Notes under the pieces: generated by a model | What the model was told of the DNA's origin: nothing | Database searches by the model: none | What the model saw: the letters and a program-made list of their open reading frames with translations, nothing else | Source: Podarcis bocagei | Taxonomy: Eukaryota | Direction: 5' to 3' (one strand) | NCBI GenBank assembly: GCA_964188305.1 | Contig: OZ076885.1 | Length of the DNA stretch: 64,000 nt | Part shown: piece after piece, positions 1-11,400 of the stretch | Layout: each line of letters opens with the position of its first letter | Position numbering within the stretch: position 1 is the stretch's first letter | Program-made: the position numbers and the translations under genes

Positions 1-251
1 TTTGGCCTGTCTGTGGCTGCTACTTGTGAGATTATGGCAGGATTGTTTTGGCAAATGACAATGTAACAACCTTGCTGAAGTTAAGCAGCAATTACCAATG
101 GCAGGATCTGAGGCCACCCGGGAATACATATATTCCATCTTGATTCCATCATGAAAGAAAGGCAGAATATAAATGTCATAGTCAAACAACAACAACATGT
201 AGCTGCAGTCCTCATTTGCTTTGGTTGTAATATCGTATTGGACTAAGACAG

Positions 252-735
252 GCTGCTGCATAATTCAAAGTGCTGGTGCTGACCTATAAAGCCTTACACG
301 GCTCAGGACCTTAAGGACTTCCTCTCCCCATGCAAACCAACCCAGACCCTGCGTTTGTAATCTGAGGCCCTTCTCTATGTCCCCGCTTCCTTAGAGATTC
401 AGAGGGTGACAACATGAGAAGGGGTCTTTTCTGTGGTGGCTCCCCATCTGTGGAATGCTCTCCCCAGTGAGGCTTGCCTGGCACCATCATTACATGTCTT
501 TAGGCACTAGGCGAAAACATTCCTCTTTACCCAGGCCTTCAGCCATTAATTTAAATAACCTAAGGTGCTGGTGGGTACTGTTGTTATTATGGTTTTATTA
601 TTATGCTTAGTATTTTATGCTCTGTATTATGTCTTTATTATTATGCTGTGTAAATTATGTTCATAATGTTGTACACCACCCTAGGATCTTTGGATAAAGG
701 GTGGTATATAAATTAAATAAAGAAGTGAATAAATA
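252..735 (+). mobile_element. Degenerate L2 LINE 3' fragment
   Basis: Encodes FKVLVLTYKALHGSGP and an FSVVAPHLWNALP-like segment, followed by an A-rich tail. Confidence 0.7.
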
Positions 736-1007
736 AAATAAGATTAATAATTGTTGCCTTAGTATTGACCTGCTACACATCCAAGAACGTGGCATTGATC
801 AGTGTGATTACTATCTGTAATGGAAATTGTGGGTGTTATAATTGGGGATAACAAACTGGCTTGTATCTCCTCACCTGTTCTGATAGCATGTGGGCAAAGA
901 AGACTGTCTATTAGTTCTGTGTACTGCTCTGCCTTTGCCCTGTTGTTAAGTAGGATAAACATTGGGCAAATCAATCTCTGTACCCTCTGCTACCCTTCCT
1001 GATTTAG

Positions 1008-1104
1008 CAAGGAAATCTGTGCAGCCAATACTACTATGATGTGTCCACTCTGTGACCAGAGGTGCCCTTTTTGGCCATTGTCAGAAACTTGCACATATGC
1101 CCAG
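1008..1104 (+). CDS. ANO9: ANO9 exon ([32 protein letters not shown])
   Basis: ttag| acceptor, |gtaaga donor; anoctamin Cys-rich loop. Confidence 0.9.
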
Positions 1105-4100
1105 GTAAGATTAACCTACATAAAATGTATATTATTTGTCTCTTGTTGTGGAGTCCTCTAACGTTGCCCACTACTAAGGATGTAAAAGATTCACTGTTGA
1201 TTATGATTGCTTTGTGAAGATAAAGAAGAATCTCTCAAAGTACACAGAGATATTAGAGACTTTGTCTCCTTTGCCAATCTAGATATTCCCTGTACTTGTG
1301 CCTGAATGGTAGTGAACACCCCACTTTTATTCCTTATACACCTCTCACTATGTCCCAATTTTTCAATGGGTACAGCTTTTCAGCGGAATGCTGTTGTTTC
1401 AAACACAGTTTTCCTCAGCACACCTAGTGGCTTCTTTTTTTGCTGTTAGGACTCTCCCTGCAACAGTGACTTTTACTTCTTTCCTTTACAATTTAGGTCA
1501 CCCACTTGCTTGACAATGAAGGGACAGTTCTCTTCGCAATATTCATGGCTGTCTGGGGTAAGCTTTAGCATAGGTTGATCTAGAACCTGTTCTAAGTTTT
1601 ATGACAAATTCTCTTCTTAAAATGTATGCAATATTCAACACAGATGTGGCTAAAGTGTATTTTTGCATCTAAGAATGAAATGTAACTCTAGAACAGTGTT
1701 TTTCAACCACTGTTCCGCGGCACACTACTGTGCCGCGAGATGTTGCCTGGTGTGCCGTGGGAAAAATTAAAAAGATTTTTTTTTTTGTAAAAGTCAAATT
1801 AGGTCCTAATCTATCCCTCGAGCGCCCCTTGTCCGTTATTGTGACGTATGAAGCGTGTTCCCGCCCACTCCCCGCCCTCCCTTGCTTCTCTCTCTCTCTC
1901 TGTGGCGCTTTCCGCCGCTTCCTGCTGTGCATGCGCAGCTTGCCTCGCGCTTCCGTTCCGGCCCCTCCTTCCCCCGACTACCCCGCCGCTCCGTTCCTTT
2001 CTCTTTCTCGCGTGTCAGAGAGCGGTGGCGCGAGCGCGGCGGTTCCCTCAGGGCTGACGGAGGGCTCGAGGAGGAGGAGGCAGGACGTGGAGGCGGAGAA
2101 AGCGGCGGCGGCCACCCCCCACCTCCGGCTCCAGGCCCGTGTAGAAAGCTGAGGGGGAGAGATAGATAGAGGTGGGCGGCGGCGGCGGCGGCGACCAACC
2201 GCCACAGTAGTTGTAGCGGCGGCAACGGCGAGCAGGGACTCCCGCTCTCTCTCCGTCGTGTCTCTCTCTCTCTCTCCCGGGCCCGTCCGTTGAGTCTCCC
2301 GCGCGCCTCGGCTACAAGATGAGCATCGAGATCCCACCGAGTCTGACTGAGCTGCTGCAGGGCTACACGGTGGAGGTGCTGCGGCACCGGCCGCCGGACC
2401 TGCTGGCCTTCGCCGCCGAGTACTTCACCAAGCCCCGCTCTCCTTCCTGCCTCGCTTTGCTGCCTCCTTCCCCCCCACCCCCAAAGCTTGGAGGTTCCCC
2501 GGCGCTGACCCGCAGGTTTGACCCCCTTCTCACACCTGTTCGCGCTCCTTGCACGGAATGGGGCGGATGGGGAGGAACGGGGCTCGCCGCTGCCTCCGCT
2601 CGCCCTCCCCCCTCCCCCCTCCGCCGGCGGTCCCGAGAGTCTTGGCTTTTTGGCGGTTGGCACAGAAGGAAGGCAAGGGGGAGGGGAAAAAATTGAAACT
2701 TACACTTTCGTGCGTCCCTCCCGGCGTGACGCTGCGCGCTGACGTCACGGGGCTGTAATGGTGGTGTGCCTCGAGATTTTTTTCATAAAACAAGTGTGCC
2801 TTTGCCCAAAAAAGGTTGGGAAACACTGCTCTAGAAAACACATAAATGTTAGTTGATATAATATAGATCCTTCGGGGTCCTTCTGAGATTAATTTCATCA
2901 TGATTCATACTCTGAAAGGCCCTTTGTTTAGATCTTCTCTCTGGAATTGCTGGATTTATTTCAAGCTATCTTTCTCTTATTTCCTGCACACTATAAAGCT
3001 GACTGGCCTATAGTTGAGTGGAGGGACCCCTGTAAGAAGAAAGACAGGATGATTTTGTTATCCTGTATATATTCAATTCTGTGTTTTGATTCTAAATTTA
3101 TAGCCACTGTATTCTTGGAGTTGTGGAAGAGAAGGAGAGCTGATGTTGTCAGTCACTGGAAGTTGTATCTGTGGGATGAAGAAGAGGTAAGGTTAACTCT
3201 TTCATATAGCCATCTTTATATATATGTTCACTGTGGCAGTCCTACTCTTGTTCTGAACAGGAAGAAATGTATTTACTGCTGCCCATGGGTGTGAGGAAAA
3301 TCTCTTCAGGTTTGGGTCCTGCCCTTTGGACTTGATATGATTTCAAGGGTCATGATCTTCACCTGCAGGGCATCAGTACCTTTTGTTATATCAGCGACCA
3401 ATTATTGGTGGCACTGACTTGAGCCCAACTTTCCAATCATTTTGCCATTGCGCTTTGGCTCCTGGGAGACCTCTGCTCTGCATCATCACCAAGGAATCAT
3501 GCCTCAAGCCTTCCAGCATCTTCATGTTCACAAAACAGCATTTCTACCATAGATATATCTTTAGGGAGCCACTGTGGAGTCTGGATATTTAGTTTGGGAA
3601 CAACTTCCTGGAGAGCTCTTAGACAATACTGGGCTAGACTCAGTATTAGACAACTTGGTTTATCACTAACTGATGTCAAGAAGACTACTTTAAAAATAAA
3701 TAAACTGTTAACAGGGGCCATGGTGACCCATGTTGGGAGTGTAGATTTTGGCAAAGTTTATTAAAAATAGCTCAAAAACTTTTTAAAAACTGCAAAAAAA
3801 AATAATGCTCAACAACTTTTGTTTTCCGGATTTTCACTTTTTGAAATACGGCAACCCTAACCTGGGTGTATCTCAGTTTTGACAGAAAAAGTTTCCCAGT
3901 AGACCCTGCAGATAATTTGGCACAGATGGCTAAAATAGTTTCATATTCAGGTCAGAATGGATACGGAAGTCCTAAAGAGTCATAATTCTGCCAGGGGATC
4001 TCAGTAGTAGCTGGAGTATTTCCCTCCTCAACTTGTTCAGAGGTTGGGGTTGAGGGTATTTCAGCCATTTTGTGAGGGGTCTTGCAAACAGGCAAGGTCA

Positions 4101-7100
4101 GGGCCAAACATGGCAGTAGTGGCAATCTGACTTCACATTGTTGTTAGATATTGTGGTTTTGTTTGTTTTTTAAACCTACAAAATGCCAGTGTGAAGGAGG
4201 AAACATTGTCTTCACTTTAATTCTGGTTTCAGTCATCATCATCTCATTGGATGCAGGCGTCATCACAGTCAAATTGAAATAAGGGCAATGGTTTCTCTCT
4301 CCATACTAGCATCTTGCACCCAGCATCAGCAGCAAATGTGATTGTTGCTGCTGCCAGAATCACAAAACAGGTGAGCCGTGAGGGATGGTGTTCATGAAAT
4401 ATTTTAACCCATGGCTCCTCTTGTGAGCCAAAGAAGTTATGAATTCTAAGGACCTGTCAGTGTGGCTGTATTTCTGTTTCTAGGAGGAACTGGCTATGGA
4501 ACTCATCAATAACCCAGAAATGGCTTCCCCACTGCACCAGCATTCTTACATCCGCAGCACTGTTGTGCTCATCTTAGTTGGGCTTATGGTATGTGGTTAC
4601 TATTTTTGTAGTGCACTTCTGGTATGCATTTTAAATGTTGGTTTGTGTATGGTGAATGAATGAATGAACTTTATTACGGTCAAAGACCAGGATAAAACAA
4701 CAACAACATATAAATAAAAAAGCAGTTAGGATTTATTTTTTTTAACTGATAAATGTTGGAGCAAATAAGGACAAAGAAACAAGCATAGGATAATAATAAT
4801 AATAATAAATTTTATTTGTATCCCGCCCTCCCCAGCTAAGCCGGGCTCAGGGCGGCTAACAACAATCAAATAAACAATCAAATAATAACACATTCTAAAA
4901 ATATTTCATTATAAAAATTAGTTAAAATCAAGTTGATGGCAACCGATTAAACAAAATTCTGTGCAGGTTGCCAGAGGAGGGGGTCAGGCTGCGCCCTGAC
5001 CAAAGGCCTGGCGGAACAACTCTGTCTTGCAGGCCCTGCGGAAAGATGTCAGGTCCCGCAGGGCCCTAGTCTCTTGTGACAGAGCATTCCACCAGGTTGG
5101 AGCTGCAGCCGAGAAGGCCCTGGCTCTAGTTGAGGCCAGCCTAACCTCTCTGAGGCCTGGGACCTTGAGGGTGTTCTTATTTGCAGACCGTAGGTTTCTC
5201 TGTGGGGCATACCAGGAGAGGCGGTCCCGTAGGTACGAGGGTCCTAGGCCGTATAGGGCTTTAAAGGTTAAAACCAGCACCTTAAACCTGATCCTGTACT
5301 CCACCGGGAGCCAGTGCAGCTGGTATAGTACTGGTTGAATGTGATCTCGCAGCGAAGACCCCGTAAGGAGTCTCGCCGCGGCATTCTGCACCCGCTGGAG
5401 TTTCTGGGTCAGTCTCAAGGGCAGCCCCACGTAGAGCGAGTTACAATAATCCAGTCTGGAGGTGACCGTCGCATGGATCACAGTGGCTAGGTCAGGGCGA
5501 GAGAGATAAGGGCCAACTGCTTAGCTTGGCGGAGATGGAAAAATGCCGCCTTTGTTATAGCTGTAATCTGCGCCTCCATAGAGAGGGAGGTATCGAAGAT
5601 TACACCCAAACTCTTAACGGACGGTGCTGGCACTAATTGCACCCTCGCAAGAGATGGGAGTTGCCCCCTCGATCCCATATCGTCCCGCCCCAGCCAGAGG
5701 ACCTCTGTCTTCGAAGGATTTAACTTCAACCGGCTCCCACGTAACCATCCAGCCACAGCTTCCAGACATCTGGTCAGTGTGTCTGGGGCCGAGTTAGGAT
5801 GGCCATCCATCAACAGATAGAGTTGGGTGTCATCAGCATACTGATGGCAACCCAGCCCAAAACTCCGGACAAGCTGGGCGAGGGGGCGCATAAAGATGTT
5901 AAAAAGCATCGGGGAGAGAATCGCACCCTGAGGCACTCCACACACCAAGGAGTGACGCGATGACAATTCCCCCCCAAGCGCCACCCTCTGTCCCCGATCA
6001 GAGAGAAACGAGCGCAGCCATTGAAGGACTGTGCCCTGGATCCCCACGTCGGCAAGGCGGTGGTCCAGGAGTTCGTGATCGACCATGTCAAAGGCTGCTG
6101 ACAGGTCTAGAAGAATCAGCAGCCCCGACCCGCCTCGATCCAGCTGTCTGCGGAGATCATCTGTTAGGGCGACCAGAGCCGTCTCGGTCCCATGGCCAGC
6201 ACGGAAGCCGGACTGGAATGGATCCAAAGCAGATGTTTCATCCAGGAACCTACCAAGCTGTTCAGCAACCGCTCTCTCAATCACCTTACCCAGGAATGGA
6301 AGATTCGAGACCGGGCGGTAATTGGATAGATCTAAAGGATCTAATGATGTTTTCTTTAAGAGCGGACGCACCACCGCCTCCTTCAGTTCCCCTGGGAATA
6401 TCCCGGTGCCAAGGGACAAATTGATGATATCCCCCAGGGGGGCCCGCACCTCGTCTGGACACGCTCTAATCAGCCATGACGGGCACGGGTCAAGAGGACA
6501 GGTGGTGGGCTTTCCAGCTTGGAGGAATCTGTCCACATCGGCTGGAGATATCCGGTCAAAGTGGTCCAATACTGGACCCGAGGACAGTCGAGGGGCCTCC
6601 AGTTCCTTTATTGTATCCAAATTGGCAGGGGGGTCATGGCGGAGCAACAGGACCTTCTCCGCAAAAAAGCTCGCAAATGCCTCACAGCTGTGTGTCAGAT
6701 TGTTATTTAAATTTGGCTGTCCTTCAAGGGACGTTAAAGACCGAATTATACTAAATAATTGCGCCGGGCGAGAGCTAGCGGATGCAATGGAGGCCGAGAA
6801 GTAAGACTTCTTAGCGGCCTTCACTGCCATCTCATAGGTTTTCTGACTAAAATACAAGATTAAACACGGATAATGGATGGATAAAAACTGATAATCAAAA
6901 CAGATAAGAACTAAAAACAAATGAAAACATGCAGTTAAAACAACTGTAAGAACTTAAGAACTAAAAGACTTGCAGTTAAAGCAACTATAAGAGGCTGCAG
7001 AGTAGAAGCCTCTGAAATAGATGACACTCACAGCATTAGAAACTGATGTGCAAATATGTTTTAAACAGACAATTAAAACAATGTACAACAATAAATTTAG

Positions 7101-8423
7101 AAACAATATACAACAGTAAAACTATCCCAGGGAGTTGACTCAGAGCCACCCATGGAACCGAGTTTGGGGATTTTCATGCCGGACTATTTTGAGTAGGGCG
7201 ATGCTCTGCGCCTACAGATTTGTACACAAAATCTGGCGACCATCCAGGTCGTCTTCTGATCTTTGCCTAACAGCAAAATTTTTGCTTTTGCGGGAAGTCG
7301 GCGAGCCTCACCAGTAGGGGATCAATGAACTTATTGCGTGCCTCTTCGTAAAAGGGACATTTAAAGAACAAGTGTTCTGGGCTTCCTATCTCTCCCAATG
7401 GATAGGTGCAAAGTCTCTGGGCATAGGGGACTTTTCTAAAGGCTCCATCCAGGACCGGCGAGGGAAGAGCTGCGCTTCTGGCGAGTGTAAAGGCCCTCCT
7501 TGTATTTCTAGATACGAGAAAGAAGAGATATGCTGCCAGTGCGGCTATATATCTCTTGATTTCTCCAATTTTATAGTCGGGGCATACTCTGTATGGTGCA
7601 TTGTTAAGCCACCCTACAGCACAAGGGGCGAAATTCTTGAGTTGAGATTGGAAAATTTCATTTGCAGGAAAGCGGATATTTCAGAAGACAACTTGTGCTT
7701 TTTTATTTCATGTCTCTTTATAATGCAGCATAGCAAGAATCACATATGTTCTTTTCCTAGTGTTTTACAAGACGTGGCAATAAAGTTTTGACAAATACCA
7801 CCAGAATGAGTATATAATCTGAGCAGAAATCAGATGGTTAAATACTGTGTAGCTTTCCCATTGAAGAGCAATCAACAGTATCATTCTTAGCAGATTAATT
7901 AGGGAAGGGGAACCTTTGATGTTGCATAGCTACACCTCCCATCATCTGTAGCCATTGGTTCTGCTTGCTAGGGAATTGTAGTTCAGAAATATCTGGAGGG
8001 CCAAAGGTTCCCAACACCTAGTTTAAAGCTTCAAAAAATTATTTTTCTAAAAAGGCAGGATCTTGTTCTGCAACTCCGGGGTCAGGACAATGCCAGGTGC
8101 CTGCTTTTAAAATGTGGTGCTTTACTATCTTTCCGGTGGAAGAAAGCCCCTAGCAGAATTTAATTCCCATCCTCAAGCAGTTTAGTGAAGCGTAGGTATA
8201 TAGACTATTAAACATTATTTATTGCATTTAGCAGCTGACTGCCTTTTTCAGTAAGTAGACCACAGACTGCAAAGGAAGTTTAAAATGGTTTATGTGCAGT
8301 TTCTTGATCTCCAACATGCATTTTCTTCATGCAGCAACAATAAAATAATGCAAGTATAACGCAGACACATTTCTGCGAGGTAAGTTAAGGCACAGCAAGC
8401 AAAGAGGGAGGGAGGGAGGGAGG

Positions 8424-8454
<31 letters not shown>

Positions 8455-11400
8455 GAACAGGAACAGGCTTCCTGTTAGGTGAGACCTAACTGAGTCTATT
8501 CTAGCAATAAGAACTCTGTGGTCCTTAACCCCATCATATATTAACTAGAAAATAGGCATTGTTAGGTTTGACTGAATCTTCCACAAAGTTGACCAGTGTG
8601 CTTTGGCATGACAAATACTCCTGCCACTCTAGGAGAGCCACTTGCCATGTCCATCCCTTATCAGGCTTAGCTTAGGCAAGTCCTACTGGTTTGTGTCATG
8701 TTAGGTCAGGGGATTACTTTGAATTGTTTCTTTCTTAGTTTTCCTTTGTCTTTGTTCATCTGTTGTCTACTTGTTCTGTCTCTGGCTTGGATGTGGTCAG
8801 AACTGGAGAAAGAGACAAAGGTGGAATCTACACACATATGAAAAACGCTGTGAAAATGCTTTTAAAAAGTTTTGGAAAAAAATGTATTGAATTTGCCATA
8901 GCTCACCATCGCCATCTAGTGTCACATTTGTATATTGCACTTTACAACACACTTAAAACATTTTATTTGCAGCAGCATAGCTGAGTCTAAAGACTCAGGA
9001 GCTGGCAGTGGCAATCATTTTGATGCCATGTGATCCTGCCTGCCGTAGTTAACCTGTTGTTTACTGCCTCCTGCACAGCCCCAGCTGCTTTATAATTCTA
9101 ACAATACATTCTTGCCTTATAGATCTGCGTGATTATTGGTATTGCCCATGCACTTGTCATCTATAGGGTCATGGTGACAGTCATCTTTACTCAGTCTAAC
9201 TCAGAATTTTTCCGAGAACGAGCCAGTACCATGGCAGTGATGACAGGGGCTGTGTTACATTATTTAACTATCATCATAATGAGCAAGGTATGGAGCAAAC
9301 ATAGTGATATTTTCCAGCAATCTGTCTTGCAGTTGTATTCTGGTGTATCATATTGCTTTGTTTGCCTCTTGTCCATTGTAGGTGAACAGACATGTAGCGC
9401 TGTACCTCTGTGATATGGGTAAGAAAATATCCATGCTATATACATTATTTCATCTATATGAAATATGTTCGACTTGATAAGTAAAAGTTGCCCTATCATG
9501 AATGCATTTTGTGACTTGGTGCATAGAATAAGGCATACATAAAAATAAGAATGGGAATGCCAGGTGCCACAGCTAAATTTGGTGTCCATGATCTTATTTC
9601 CAGAGAAGCCAAGAACGTTCACTGAGCGTGAGAAAAACTTCACCGTCAAACTCTTCACCTTCCAGTTCTTCACCCACTTCTCTTCTGTGATCTACGTTGC
9701 TTTCTTCCTTGGGAGGTAAACGCAAATAGCAAAGAATGGAGAGTTCAGTGTATCCCACTGGTGAGGGTGTTGAATTTGGATCAGGTGACTTGGATTTGAA
9801 TTAAATCTTTACCACTTTCTTCCTGCTTTAGATGTGCAGCTATAAAAAGGGAACAATGGTGGCTTTCTTCCCATAGTTTTTGTGAGGGCTAATAGGGCAT
9901 TTTATTTATTTTAAAATTGCTATAGGAATTATGCTGCAAGAAGGGGGATACAGAGGCAATGTGTTAGTCCTGCATTTTTGCTTATTGTAGTGCATCTCTG
10001 ACAAAACTGAAGGCCTGTGTTCTAAAAACAGAGTGTTTATCCGTAACTCTAACAGCCACCCTTGCTCTCTGTCATTCTTACTACTTTAGTTTCTGCTGGT
10101 TGAGATGCTGCTTTTTAGCTCTACTGCATCTTCATTACTCATTGTGACTATTATCTTCCAAACTGTGTGGTTATCAAAACTATAAATAGCATTAGGAACT
10201 GACTGTATCTCAATTGTACTTTCTTGTTAGGATTAATGGTCGTCCAGGGGACTATGTACGTGTGGGCGGCAAGTGGAGACTGGAAGAAGTAAGTTCCTTT
10301 GTTGCAGTGATGTCTTCCCCTACCTCCCCACCTGGTGTCCTGTTCATTAAAATAATTGCTCAGGCCTTCTCTTTCATCTTTCTCAAATATTTTCTAATCC
10401 ATCTTCCTAGGAATCCCCAGGTTGAAGACAGTTTAAAAATATAATGCCTAATAAGTTTGTGGGGCATTATTATATTCAGTGCAAGCAGACTACCATTCTG
10501 ATTCTCATAGCTCACACTTACTTCATTCTGTTTGCATCCAGAGATTCCTATACTATACGAATTTATTATTATTATTTAATTTATTGCCTGCCCTTTGCCC
10601 CAAAGTCCCAGGGCAAGTTACAACCATTTAAAATACAACCTCCAAAACAGTTTTTAAAAGCCTTATCATTACAAAAAATACATCCAAAAAAATGGTAGCA
10701 AGCATGTGTGAGCTCAATATACATATAGAGAGGTATGAATCTGAGATACATGAAATGAAGAGTGGAAATTCCCTAGAGCTTTGCATTACTGTTGATGCAT
10801 TGCACCACATTACAATGATGCAGGCACGCAGCCTTTCCTGGCAGTTCCTCTGTGAGAATTTTAAAAATGCAAGTACCTAAAAATGACTTTGGAATCAGTG
10901 ACCCTCAGGTGCAAACTATCTTTCTCTTGTCCTTTCCAGTGCCACCCCAGCGGCTGCCTTGTAGATCTCTTCATCCAGATGGCCGTAATCATGACATTAA
11001 AGCAAACACTGAGTAACTTTGTGGAGTTCATGTTGCCGTAAGTCAACATAGTTAGCATGATCTGGTCCTTGGGGTTGGATCCAGGACCTCTTTTCCCCTG
11101 GAGCATCACAGACTGTCACAGCTGGAGTGAGAATATAGTATGGGGTTGGCTTGCGTGCCAGTATAACAATTCCTTTTGTGGGAAATATTTGGCGGCTTGC
11201 CCTTGTGGAAAGTCAGAGCTTGCTGCACTTGGGACTAGGGAGCAGTTCTGTTTCTTCAGATCAGGTTGGCTAACGGCTTGGAGTGCTGGGAATTCTGTTC
11301 TCTGGCAAGATGTGGCCTGGCTTTTGTCTGAATCATCTAGATTTAGGACAGGGAAATGATGAAGAATCCTTTTCAGTCCAAAGATCGCATTCTCTTGTGA

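Noticed and set aside
2319-2696. A genuine PRKAR2A/B gene nested in ANO9, or a processed pseudogene
   Set aside because: Similarity ends mid-exon after 38 codons, no other PRKAR2 exons or poly(A) are present, and the segment lies inside TIRs with a TSD.
1669-2901. Many overlapping long ORFs (e.g. 1836-2663, 275 aa) and similar ones at 34398-35529
   Set aside because: Low-complexity Arg/Gly/Pro/Ala translations expected from stop-poor GC-rich DNA; no recognisable domain or transposase.
2319-3186. In-frame RII-D/D::ANO9 fusion via the cag|gtttga site at 2515
   Set aside because: The donor is weak and phase 2, whereas the ANO9 exon at 3104 needs phase 1. The reported PKA regulation of ANO9 is treated as coincidence.
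5027-6804. Plus-strand ORFs of 100-160 aa (also 23695-24006)
   Set aside because: Antisense frames of the L2 RT coding sequence.
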